Positions 22,113-31,849 of a DNA stretch of 64,000 bases are shown here, in pieces. How positions within the stretch are numbered: the first letter of the stretch is position 1; each line of letters starts with the position of its first letter. The DNA is taken from positions 688 to 64,687 of the forward strand of contig DUDS01000010.1 in assembly GCA_004769085.1 (NCBI GenBank), written 5' to 3'. The translations under genes were made by a program, and so were the position numbers. Below the pieces are notes generated by a model. The model was not told where the DNA came from. It searched no databases and saw nothing but the letters and a program-made list of their open reading frames with translations. This DNA is from Candidatus Melainabacteria bacterium SSGW_16 (lineage in GTDB: Bacteria > Cyanobacteriota > Vampirovibrionia > 2-02-FULL-35-15).

Positions 22113-23510
22113 ATGAAAAACTTATTTGTATTTAATAATCTAACAAAAAATAAGGAGAAATTTGAACCATTAAATCCTCCATCTATAACTATTTATACCT
22201 GTGGACCAACTGTATATGATCACTCTCATATTGGTCATGCAAGATCTGCAATAAGCTGGGATTTTATTGTCAGATTTTTAAGATCAACCGGATACAAAGT
22301 AAGCTGGACAAGAAACATCACTGATATAGATGACAAAATAATAAATAAAGCAAAAGAAGTAAATCTGCATCCGGATAAAATTGCAAGGATTTACACTCAC
22401 TCATTTCACGAGGACATGCTTGCGCTTGGAGTTGAATGGCCTGATTTTGAGCCCCATGCAACCCAGTATTTATCACAAATGTATGATTTTATAAATGAAC
22501 TTATTAAAAAAGGGAAAGCATACCAAATAGAAAGCGATGTATATTTTTCGGTAAGTGCCTCAAAAAACTATGGGCAATTAAAAGGACAATCAGTTGAAGA
22601 ACTTGAAAAAGGTTTTGAAAGGATAGAGCCAAATCCAAAGAAAAAACATAAACTTGACTTTGCACTCTGGAAAGGTATAAAAGACAAAAATGAATACAGT
22701 TTCCAAAGTCCATGGGGAAAAGGAAGACCAGGCTGGCATCTGGAATGTTCAGCCATGAATTACTCAATCTATGGAGAATCAATTGACATTCATGGCGGTG
22801 GAGATGATTTAATCTTTCCCCATCATGAGAATGAAATCGCACAATCAGAATCGCTAACAGGTAAAGTATTTTCTAAATACTGGATGCATAATGGAATGAT
22901 TATGGTTGATGGAAAGAAAATGGCTAAATCAGAAGGTAATTTTGTAACAATAAAAGATGCTTTAAGATCAGTTTCAGGAAATGCACTAAGGCTTTTTGTT
23001 TTAAACACTCATTACAGAATGCCACTGAATTATACAAATGAAGGTGTTTTTGCAGCGCAAAATGGCATAAATCGCCTTCAGGAAGCGCTTGATAATTACG
23101 AAGCTTCAAATGGAAACATGTTAAATATTGAAACAAATGAGTTTGTAAAGGAATTCAATGAATCCATGGCAGATGACTTCAACAGTTCACAGGCATTATC
23201 TGTTTTATTTAAAATAACAGATCTAATAAACACAGAGAAAAATAAAAAGAAGAAGCATGAATTACAGAGTACACTGATTTACTTGTCCGGGGTGCTGGGT
23301 CTAGATCTGCAGAATGAAAACTTAAGTCCGAATTTCATACGAAAAAATATTTTAGATAAATTAATAGATAATCTTATTTCGTGGAGAACAGAAAGCAGAG
23401 AAAAAAAAGATTATGCAAGTTCTGATAAAATCCGTGATATTTTAAATAATTGTAGAATTGAGGTAAAGGATCTACCTGAGAATAAGTACAAATGGCAGAT
23501 AAAATTATAA
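22113..23510 (+). CDS. cysS: cysteine--tRNA ligase
   Basis: HIGHARSA and KMAKSEGN motifs. Confidence 0.95.
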   Translation: MKNLFVFNNLTKNKEKFEPLNPPSITIYTCGPTVYDHSHIGHARSAISWDFIVRFLRSTGYKVSWTRNITDIDDKIINKAKEVNLHPDKIARIYTHSFHEDMLALGVEWPDFEPHATQYLSQMYDFINELIKKGKAYQIESDVYFSVSASKNYGQLKGQSVEELEKGFERIEPNPKKKHKLDFALWKGIKDKNEYSFQSPWGKGRPGWHLECSAMNYSIYGESIDIHGGGDDLIFPHHENEIAQSESLTGKVFSKYWMHNGMIMVDGKKMAKSEGNFVTIKDALRSVSGNALRLFVLNTHYRMPLNYTNEGVFAAQNGINRLQEALDNYEASNGNMLNIETNEFVKEFNESMADDFNSSQALSVLFKITDLINTEKNKKKKHELQSTLIYLSGVLGLDLQNENLSPNFIRKNILDKLIDNLISWRTESREKKDYASSDKIRDILNNCRIEVKDLPENKYKWQIKL

Positions 23511-24307
23511 AGGCTATATTAATAACTATCCTATTATTCTTCCTTACCGAAGGATATTGCTCAGCTAAAGTTATATTTTCTAAAGAAATATATCTAACGA
23601 ATTTAAATCACTTAAATATTACTAATGAATCAACAAAAAATATAAAACAGCTTAAAGAACTAATAGAATCCAAGAGACCAAAAGCAATATATCTGGAACA
23701 ATGGATACTTCTGGAACCTCACAATAAAAAACTTATAAAGAGACTTCATAAAATTGCACAAAAAAATAAAATTAAATTTTATCTTGTAGTAGGTAAAAAT
23801 AGCTGGATAGGTGACAGGGGTAAGACTAACACACTTTTTTATCTAAATCAGTACAGAAAATACATTGATGGAATAGTCTTAAGGACTGAACCAAACAAAA
23901 TCAATGTCTGGAAAGATGATCCTGGTATAAAAGCTCAGATACTAAATCTGATGCTGGATGCATATTCAGCTATTTATATAGAAGCAAAAAAGTATGATAA
24001 ACAGTTTATTGCAGAGTTCCCATTCTGGTATAGCGATTTTAAAGGTCCTTTAAAACCGTTCCCAGAAGATGTTTGCACATATTCAAGCAAAGTTATTTTT
24101 CTTATTGACGATCCAAAGAAATTAAATGATTTTTCTGCTGACTGGAATGATATTACCTGCATCTACAACATAAATCTAACCAAAAGAGCTACTACATTAA
24201 ATGATGAGAAAATAAATGAAGTATTAAACAAATTAAAATCAACAAATACTTTTTATTCAAACTTTAACGGATTTATTATTGATTCAGATTCCCCACTTTT
24301 AAATTAA
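23492..24307 (+). CDS. hypothetical secreted protein
   Basis: Signal peptide; no family recognised. Confidence 0.5.
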   Translation: MADKIIKAILITILLFFLTEGYCSAKVIFSKEIYLTNLNHLNITNESTKNIKQLKELIESKRPKAIYLEQWILLEPHNKKLIKRLHKIAQKNKIKFYLVVGKNSWIGDRGKTNTLFYLNQYRKYIDGIVLRTEPNKINVWKDDPGIKAQILNLMLDAYSAIYIEAKKYDKQFIAEFPFWYSDFKGPLKPFPEDVCTYSSKVIFLIDDPKKLNDFSADWNDITCIYNINLTKRATTLNDEKINEVLNKLKSTNTFYSNFNGFIIDSDSPLLN

Positions 24308-24375
24308 ATACAACCCTGATAAAGGATAATTTAAAGGGTTAGCTCTATTAAATCAATATTATCTTTTAGGTAAAT

Positions 24376-24915
24376 TTGCCGATTTCTTCTTTGAGGGTTC
24401 AAGTGAAGAAATTAAACAAATTATTAATCAAATTAATCTCAATTGCACTAATAATTGGAAATTGTAGTCAAGTACTTGCCCTATATATACCAAAAGAAAA
24501 TGATGCATCTTATTATGTTAAAGAAAAATTCTTAGGTAGGTGGGACATGCAGACAATTGTCACTGACTCAAATTGTCCATTCGTCCTAAAAGGAACAACA
24601 ACTGAATCAAACCTAGAGATAGCACCAGTCCCAAACTCTGAACCTGGAAGCAACTTATTAAAAACTTCTTGGCAGGGAGGCCAGTGGAGTAAAAGCTCTG
24701 GTACACTTAAAATTTTAAATAATAATGAAGCTGTTTCTGAAAGAATCACTGAATATACCACCAAGGACAATAACAGCTGGAAGGCAGTTTTAATTGATCA
24801 TTTAAGATTAAGTGAGAATGATACTATCCACTCGGAAAGTATAGTAATACAATACAAAAATAATGCTCTTGTAGGAAAATACAAAACATATTCAATCCTT
24901 ACAAAATTAGATTAA
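24376..24915 (+). CDS. hypothetical secreted protein
   Basis: Signal peptide-like N-terminus; 179 aa. Confidence 0.45.
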   Translation: MPISSLRVQVKKLNKLLIKLISIALIIGNCSQVLALYIPKENDASYYVKEKFLGRWDMQTIVTDSNCPFVLKGTTTESNLEIAPVPNSEPGSNLLKTSWQGGQWSKSSGTLKILNNNEAVSERITEYTTKDNNSWKAVLIDHLRLSENDTIHSESIVIQYKNNALVGKYKTYSILTKLD

Positions 24916-25046
24916 AAATCAGTAACCTAATTCAAGCGACATACATAATAAAATTCTTATTAATTTTTTTAAACTAATTCACAAATCAGCTTAAAAATAA
25001 ATTTTGAAACTATAATTTAAGTTGTTTCAATAAACTCAACAAAATT

Positions 25047-25172
25047 ATGGATAGCACCATCTTTCAAGAAACAATAAAGATTTCAATATCACAATTAGGA
25101 TTAATAATTTTTGTTGTTCTATTATTTATCTACTTGTTTATTGCACTGTTTTTCCCGGAGAAATTTATTTAA
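25047..25172 (+). CDS. kdpF: KdpF-like small hydrophobic peptide (41 aa; not in ORF track)
   Basis: ATG at 25047, single TM (LGLIIFVVLLFIYLFIALFF), stop TAA ends 1 nt before a GTG that opens the KdpA frame. Confidence 0.5.
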   Translation: MDSTIFQETIKISISQLGLIIFVVLLFIYLFIALFFPEKFI

Positions 25173-25173
25173 A

Positions 25174-26859
25174 GTGATAGAACTAATCTTATTTATAGTT
25201 CTTTTAATGGTTATTTTATTACCTCTAAGTTATTTGTTAGGAAAATTCATATCGATTAATTTTAGCGAATCTAATGAACCACAAAAATCAAGACTGCAGA
25301 ATATTTTTGAATGTATAGAAAAACCTATATATAAAATATGCGGGATAAACCCAAAGTCTGAGAAGTCAGCTAAAGAATACTTTTTTTCATTGTTCTGGTC
25401 AAATATGGTTCTTTCTGCCATATGTTTTTTTGGGCTATACTACCAGAATAGATTACCATTCAATGGTTTAGTAAATCATCAACTTGATCTACCCATAATT
25501 TTTCATATTCTTTCATCATTAATTACAAATACATGCCAGACACATCACATACCGGAACTACATCTGACTCCTTTTTCTAACATCTTTATACTCTCAGTAC
25601 TAATGTTCTATTCAAGCGCAAGTGGAATTGCAACAGGCATAATGGCAATGAGAGCAATAATTCTGGGGAAAATAGGAAATCCATACACAGATGTAATAAA
25701 AGCTATGACCCGAATCCTATTTCCTATCTGTTTTATAGTCACAATTATTTTTACGGCCCTAGGGATGCCAAACACATTCAATACACATATAAGCTATGAA
25801 ACAATAGAAAATATAAAAGAAACTCTTATCCTTGGTCCAGTTGCAGGTTTTGAAGCTATTAAACTGATAGGAGAAAACGGTCAATCGTGTTTTAACGCAA
25901 ACTCAGCTCATCCTTTTGAGAATCCATCATATCTGACAAATTTTATACAAATCATTTGTATACTAATAGTTCCTACTGCACTAATTATTACTTTAGGATT
26001 CTGGTTAAAAAATCACAGACAATCCTGGATAATATTGTCTGTCTTATTTTCTGCATTAATATTTGAATTTATTACTGTAGGAGTTCTTGAATTAAACGGT
26101 AATCACGGACTAAATAGTATTATTAATAGCAAGCAACCCAACTGGGTAGGAAAAGAAACAAGACTTGGGATAGTTGGTTCATCAGTCTTTGAGGCTGCAA
26201 TATCAAATGTAAGTGGTTCATCAAATTCTGCACTTGAAAGTTTTCACCCTGTAACTATAGCTCTTTCACTTTTTAATCTTTCAAACCAGTCATTTTTTGG
26301 TGTACAAGGGTTTGGACTTGTTTTTACAATAAATTTTATTTTATATACTGTATTTCTTATAGGACTAATACTAGGAAAAACACCTGAAATATTTGGAAAA
26401 AGAATTGGAAAAAATGAGATATTACTTAGCTCAGCCCTGCTTTTAATAAACCCAATACTGGTTTTATTGTCCGTAGTTTTTACACTGAACTTTCATCCTA
26501 TAAGGTCAACTTCATTTTATGAACACGTACACTATTTTACACAGGTATTTTATGAATTTGCATCAGGAGCAGCCAGTAATGGTTCTGGACTTGAAAGTTT
26601 AAACGATAACACGCCTTATTGGAATATAAGTCTTGCAATAGTTATGTTTTTAGCAAGGTATTTAGCAATGGGATCAATGATTATGCTTGGGGGTTCACTT
26701 GCAAAAAAACCAGCTATTCCAACAACGCAAGCAACATTTAAAACAGATACAGTCCTTTTTGGTTTTACATTTTTATTCATGTCAGTTATTACAACAACAC
26801 TTACTTACTTCCCTTTTATAGTTCTTAGTACGTTAACGGAGATCCTCATGCATGGTTAA
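25174..26859 (+). CDS. kdpA: potassium-transporting ATPase subunit A
   Basis: IGENGQSCFNANSAHPFENPSYLTNFIQI matches the KdpA selectivity region; probable GTG start at 25174 (tracked ORF opens at 25111). Confidence 0.9.
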   Translation: MIELILFIVLLMVILLPLSYLLGKFISINFSESNEPQKSRLQNIFECIEKPIYKICGINPKSEKSAKEYFFSLFWSNMVLSAICFFGLYYQNRLPFNGLVNHQLDLPIIFHILSSLITNTCQTHHIPELHLTPFSNIFILSVLMFYSSASGIATGIMAMRAIILGKIGNPYTDVIKAMTRILFPICFIVTIIFTALGMPNTFNTHISYETIENIKETLILGPVAGFEAIKLIGENGQSCFNANSAHPFENPSYLTNFIQIICILIVPTALIITLGFWLKNHRQSWIILSVLFSALIFEFITVGVLELNGNHGLNSIINSKQPNWVGKETRLGIVGSSVFEAAISNVSGSSNSALESFHPVTIALSLFNLSNQSFFGVQGFGLVFTINFILYTVFLIGLILGKTPEIFGKRIGKNEILLSSALLLINPILVLLSVVFTLNFHPIRSTSFYEHVHYFTQVFYEFASGAASNGSGLESLNDNTPYWNISLAIVMFLARYLAMGSMIMLGGSLAKKPAIPTTQATFKTDTVLFGFTFLFMSVITTTLTYFPFIVLSTLTEILMHG

Positions 26860-28906
26860 AAGAACTCAAAAATCTCAGAACAAACATGGCTTCAGTATAA
26901 ATTATTCTCATGTACTGCCATATGCATTTATTGATTCTCTGAAACAATTTAACCTGCTTTCAATGCTGAAAAATCCGATCATGTTTGTAGTTGAAGCATG
27001 CTTTATTCTGATGATTATAATAACAATAAAGCCTGACTTGTTTGGTCCAACATCATTAAGCAGGATTGATAATTTGTTAATTACATTAATCCTTTTTCTA
27101 ACAATATTTTTTTCAAATCTGGCAGAAATGACAGCCAAACATCTTGCCAGAGCACAATCAGAGGGTCTCTCAATAATTCATGGAGACATCGAAGTAAAGA
27201 GAGTGCTTCCAAATGGAATGATTGAGTATATATTTACATCACAGCTTGAAAAAGGAAACATTATAAAAGTAAAAGAGGGAGATTTAATCCCTGTTGATGG
27301 TGAAGTTATCGAGGGGATTGCTGCTGTTGATGAATCAGCAATAACTGGCGAATCATCATCAGTTTTAAAAGAACCTGGCACTGATACATCAAGCTCAGTT
27401 ACTAGCGGGACAAGAGTCTTAGCAGACTGGTTACTTATAAAAGTAACTTCAGAAGCAGGGCAAACATACATAGATCAGATGGCAAGTATTGCAGAAGAAA
27501 CCGAAAGACATAAATCTCCTAATGAAATAAGTTTAACTGTTCAATTAATTGGAATTGCGATTTCATTTCTTGTTGTAACTGTAACATTACCAGGATTACT
27601 TATCTATTTTAATACACGTGTTGAATTTTCATTTTTAATTGCATTGTTAATTTGCTTGTTACCCACAACAATTGGATCATTAATAACACCAATAAGAATT
27701 TCAGGATTTGACAGAATTAACAAATTAAATGTTCTTGTTATGTCAGAAAAATTGCTCGAATGTGCTGGTGATATTGATCTTTTACTATTGGATAAAACTG
27801 GCACAATCACATTTGGCAATAGGATGGCAAATGAATTTATACCGCTTGGTTCATACTCAATAACTGATGTAGCAAAAATGGCATTTATAGCAAGTTATTT
27901 TGATCAAACCCCTGAGGGTAAATCAATCCTTGCTCTTGCAAAAAGATACGGTGCAGAGATTGATATAAAACAGATCAGCGGTACACCTCACGAATTTACT
28001 GCACATACCAGAATGAGTGGTATAGATCTTGATAATGGAGAGGTGCTGAGAAAAGGTGCCTGTGATGTAATCAAAAAACTTGTAATCTCAAAACAGGGAA
28101 AAATATGGAATAATACAGATCAAATAATAGAAAGCATAGCTGCACAAGGTGGTACACCTTTATTGATTTCCAAGAACAATGAAATAATCGGGCTAATAAA
28201 TTTAAAAGATATGATAAAACCTTCGATAAAAGAAAGGTTCAGAGAAACTACAACTTTAGGAGTTAAAACTATAATGTGCACAGGTGATAATGTAACTACT
28301 GCTAAAGCAATTACAAAAGAAACTGGAATAGAAGACTATATTGCACAGACAAAACCTGAAGAAAAGATACACCTGATTAGAAACTATCAGTCAAAGGGTA
28401 TGGTAGTAGGGATGATTGGTGATGGAACAAACGATGCACCAGCTCTTGCGCAGGCAGATATAGGATTATCAATGAATACAGGAACGATCGCAGCAAAAGA
28501 AGCTTCAAATATGATAGATCTGGATTCCGATCCAACCAAAATTATTGAGATTATAAGAATAGGAAGGCAATTACTTACAACAAGAGGAGCACTTACAACA
28601 TTTTCAATAACAAATGATATATCTAAATATTTTGCTATTTTACCTGCAATTATAACAATTCCTGGGCTTGAAATACTTAACATAATGCATCTAAACTCCG
28701 GCTTGTCAGCAATTATTTCAACACTTATTTTCAATATGATTATTATTCCAATTATGATGCCATTAGCAATGAGAGGAGTTGAAGTTAAAGCAATTGAGCC
28801 ACAAAAGATGCTCAGACATAACTTACTGCTGTTCGGCATTGGTGGTTTAATAATTCCATTTATAGGAATAAAATTAATTGATATTCTTATGGGGAGATTT
28901 TTGTAA
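26852..28906 (+). CDS. kdpB: potassium-transporting ATPase subunit B (P-type ATPase)
   Basis: DKTGTIT phosphorylation motif and MIGDGTNDAPALAQADIG hinge motif. Confidence 0.95.
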   Translation: MVKRTQKSQNKHGFSINYSHVLPYAFIDSLKQFNLLSMLKNPIMFVVEACFILMIIITIKPDLFGPTSLSRIDNLLITLILFLTIFFSNLAEMTAKHLARAQSEGLSIIHGDIEVKRVLPNGMIEYIFTSQLEKGNIIKVKEGDLIPVDGEVIEGIAAVDESAITGESSSVLKEPGTDTSSSVTSGTRVLADWLLIKVTSEAGQTYIDQMASIAEETERHKSPNEISLTVQLIGIAISFLVVTVTLPGLLIYFNTRVEFSFLIALLICLLPTTIGSLITPIRISGFDRINKLNVLVMSEKLLECAGDIDLLLLDKTGTITFGNRMANEFIPLGSYSITDVAKMAFIASYFDQTPEGKSILALAKRYGAEIDIKQISGTPHEFTAHTRMSGIDLDNGEVLRKGACDVIKKLVISKQGKIWNNTDQIIESIAAQGGTPLLISKNNEIIGLINLKDMIKPSIKERFRETTTLGVKTIMCTGDNVTTAKAITKETGIEDYIAQTKPEEKIHLIRNYQSKGMVVGMIGDGTNDAPALAQADIGLSMNTGTIAAKEASNMIDLDSDPTKIIEIIRIGRQLLTTRGALTTFSITNDISKYFAILPAIITIPGLEILNIMHLNSGLSAIISTLIFNMIIIPIMMPLAMRGVEVKAIEPQKMLRHNLLLFGIGGLIIPFIGIKLIDILMGRFL

Positions 28907-29463
28907 TGTCTGGCTTAAGAGTCTGCATAATAACATTTGTTTTAACTGCAATGTATTTTGTTTTAACTGTTGCAGCAACAAATATTTTTTTCTTTAATAA
29001 GTCTAACGGCAGTCTCATAAAAGAAAGCAAAAAAATAATAGGATCCAGAATAATAGGACAAAGTTTTACAAATAATATTTATTTTCACGGGAGACCCTCA
29101 CTGAACAATTACAGAAATAATATTTCAGGGAATTCAAATTTCCCACATTACTCAATCAGGTTAAAGGAAAATATTTCAGGAAATATTGTTAAATATAAGA
29201 AGAAAAATCAAAACAGCAATTTTGATTTAAATATAATTAGTGAATCTGCCTCTGGATTAGATCCACACATTACCTATAAAGGTGCTATCGGACAAATTGA
29301 TAGAATTTCGGCAAATACAGGAATTAAGAAGGAAAGTCTTATCAACCTTATTGTGAAAAAGTCAAAGCCAAGAATATTTGGTATCTTTGGGGAAAGAATT
29401 GTAAATGTTCTAGAATTAAATATAGAACTAAATAAAATTTATGCCGAAGAGACTGGATCCTGA
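28906..29463 (+). CDS. kdpC: potassium-transporting ATPase subunit C
   Basis: MSGLR..., GQSFTNNIYFHGRPS and SASGLDPHIT match KdpC throughout. Confidence 0.9.
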   Translation: MSGLRVCIITFVLTAMYFVLTVAATNIFFFNKSNGSLIKESKKIIGSRIIGQSFTNNIYFHGRPSLNNYRNNISGNSNFPHYSIRLKENISGNIVKYKKKNQNSNFDLNIISESASGLDPHITYKGAIGQIDRISANTGIKKESLINLIVKKSKPRIFGIFGERIVNVLELNIELNKIYAEETGS

Positions 29464-31672
29464 TGAAATACTAAAACAAATAGTTAAATTGTCTAGCGGC
29501 AGACATAAGATTTATCTTGGCGTAGCACCTGGAACTGGTAAAACTTTCAGAATGCTTGAAGAAGCACTTGATCTAAAAAACAAGGGCGTGGATATAGTTA
29601 TTGGTTATATTGAAATGCAAAACAGACCAGAGAATCACAATCTTATAAATTCATTTCCTGCCATTCCAAGAAAAAAATTTACCATAAATGATAAAGATTT
29701 TTACGACATGGATCTGGATGCAATTATTGAAAGAAGGCCTGCAACAATTATTGTTGACGAACTTGCACATAATAATATTTCAGGCTCCAGGAATCAAAAG
29801 AGATATCAGGACATACAGGATCTTTTAAAAGAAGGTATTAGTGTTCTTTCCACATTAAATATTCATCAACTTGATGGTATTGCACCTATAGTAGAAAAAA
29901 GTTTTGGTATCAAAATAAATGAAACTGTTCCTGACTGGGTACTAAACCAGGCTGAAGAAGTTGTTTTGATAGATATCTCAATTGATGAACTTTATAACAG
30001 GCTACACTCTAAGCAAATATACACAGGCGAACAATTAAAACACGCATTAAATAATTTCTTTAAAAGAAGCAATTTAAATCTTTTAAGAGATCTTGCACTT
30101 AATTTCCTAGCTGAAAGAGTTGATATAGAAGTAGTCACAGAAAAATTAAAAGCAAAAATAAAAGACAGGATACTCGTTGCAGCAAGTCCGGAAGAAAGCT
30201 CAATTAATTTAATCAATCATGCCTCTGAAATAGCCAAGGCTATTCATGGAGACCTAGATATTGTCTGCTTTTTAAAAGACAATGTTAACCAGGATCTGTT
30301 AAACAAAATAAGAGAAACATGCAAATTAAAAAACGGTAATTTATTCCTGATAAAAGATATAAGAAAAAGTGTTGCGGATGAATTGATTCATTTGATTAAT
30401 TTAAACAGAATAACACAGGTAATTACCGGATATGAAAAAAAACAAAAGTTTGGAAATATTTTTCATAAATCAATTGCTCTCGAAGTACTAAATAAAACAA
30501 ACGATCTTGATTTACTGATACTTAAGACAAATAATAATGATGAATCATTATCAGAAAGCACACAAAATAAATCAACACAAGCGACATACCCTACGGGTAA
30601 ACAAGGGAATTTCAAGTTTGGAAAATTAAAAATATATATAGGAATGGCACCTGGTGTAGGTAAAACATACAAAATGCTTCAGGATGGAAGAGAATTACAG
30701 AAACAGGGCATAAATGTTTTGCTAGGAGTAATTGATACTCACGGAAGAACTGAAACAGCAAAACTTATGGATGGATTACCAGTGCTACAACCAAAACTTA
30801 TTGAACATAAGGGAAAATATTTACCAGAATTTGATCTGGAAGGAGCAATACTTACAAAACCAGAGTATATCCTAGTGGATGAACTTGCACATACTAATGC
30901 ACCAAGATCAATAAATAATAAACGATATCAGGATGTTCAGTATCTTTTAAGAGCAGGAATTAACGTACTGTCCACAGTAAATATACAACACATTGAAAGT
31001 TTAAACGACACAGTGGAACAGGTGACAGGAATAAAAGTCAGGGAAACCGTGCCAGACTGGGTTATCTCACACGCAAGTGAAATAGTTCTTATTGATCTTA
31101 GTCCTGAAGCCCTACAGGAAAGGTTAAAAGCAGGAAAAATTTATACAATAGACAAAATAGAACAAGCATTAACACACTTTTTCCAAAGAAAAAATCTTAT
31201 AGCACTTAGAGAACTCTCATTAAGAGAAGTCGCAGAAAGTGTTGAACATGAACTATATCCAAAAGAAAAAAAGGTAAAAATCTTGAGCTTTGTAGATATA
31301 AACCCCGATACATTAAAGCTGGTGAGAAAATCTGCAAGAATTGCAAACAGGCTTCAGGGAGAATTAATTGTTATGCATATACTTAAAAACACAAAAGCAT
31401 ATTCAGAAGAAAAAAAACTTGCAATTATTGAACTTGAACAGCTTATAGTAGAAATTGGGGGTGACTTCAGGCTCGTAGAAGGAAGGAATATTATAGAAGA
31501 AATGAAAAAAGCAGAAGAAAAAGTAAAACCACACTACATTATTGTAGGAGAACCAAAACACAATACAACTTTTCCGTTCCTTCAGGGAGCTGTCACAAAG
31601 CACATCTTGAAGAACATTTCTGATTCTCACATATGGATAGTAAGCGAATTTCAGTCTGAACTAGAAGAGTAA
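29441..31672 (+). CDS. kdpD: kinase-less KdpD sensor: two tandem KdpD-N (Walker A) + USP modules
   Basis: IYLGVAPGTGKTF...DELAHNN...RYQDIQDLL and a second IYIGMAPGVGKTY...DELAHTN...RYQDVQYLL; no HisKA/HATPase region. Confidence 0.85.
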   Translation: MPKRLDPDEILKQIVKLSSGRHKIYLGVAPGTGKTFRMLEEALDLKNKGVDIVIGYIEMQNRPENHNLINSFPAIPRKKFTINDKDFYDMDLDAIIERRPATIIVDELAHNNISGSRNQKRYQDIQDLLKEGISVLSTLNIHQLDGIAPIVEKSFGIKINETVPDWVLNQAEEVVLIDISIDELYNRLHSKQIYTGEQLKHALNNFFKRSNLNLLRDLALNFLAERVDIEVVTEKLKAKIKDRILVAASPEESSINLINHASEIAKAIHGDLDIVCFLKDNVNQDLLNKIRETCKLKNGNLFLIKDIRKSVADELIHLINLNRITQVITGYEKKQKFGNIFHKSIALEVLNKTNDLDLLILKTNNNDESLSESTQNKSTQATYPTGKQGNFKFGKLKIYIGMAPGVGKTYKMLQDGRELQKQGINVLLGVIDTHGRTETAKLMDGLPVLQPKLIEHKGKYLPEFDLEGAILTKPEYILVDELAHTNAPRSINNKRYQDVQYLLRAGINVLSTVNIQHIESLNDTVEQVTGIKVRETVPDWVISHASEIVLIDLSPEALQERLKAGKIYTIDKIEQALTHFFQRKNLIALRELSLREVAESVEHELYPKEKKVKILSFVDINPDTLKLVRKSARIANRLQGELIVMHILKNTKAYSEEKKLAIIELEQLIVEIGGDFRLVEGRNIIEEMKKAEEKVKPHYIIVGEPKHNTTFPFLQGAVTKHILKNISDSHIWIVSEFQSELEE

Positions 31673-31727
31673 GAAACTTAGTTACTGCCTACCTACTGCT
31701 GTAATTTTATAGTTAACTCACTTGTAA

Positions 31728-31843
31728 TGAAAGGTTTTGGCGATTCATTCGGCAAAACCTGTAGAATGTTAGGAATAGCAGACCGTAAGTACTTTGCAAA
31801 GCCCGACAAGCGAAGAATGAGCAAGGAGGGCGGTAGGTAGAAA
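31728..31843 (-). repeat. intergenic repeat family, copy B (inverted)
   Basis: Reverse complement aligns at ~80% with copy A (…CCGCCCTCC…CGCTTGTCGGGCTTTGCAA…CATTCTACAG.TTTTGCCGAA…); hairpin GGTTTTG-..-CAAAACC. Confidence 0.7.
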
Positions 31844-31849
31844 CGAGAC

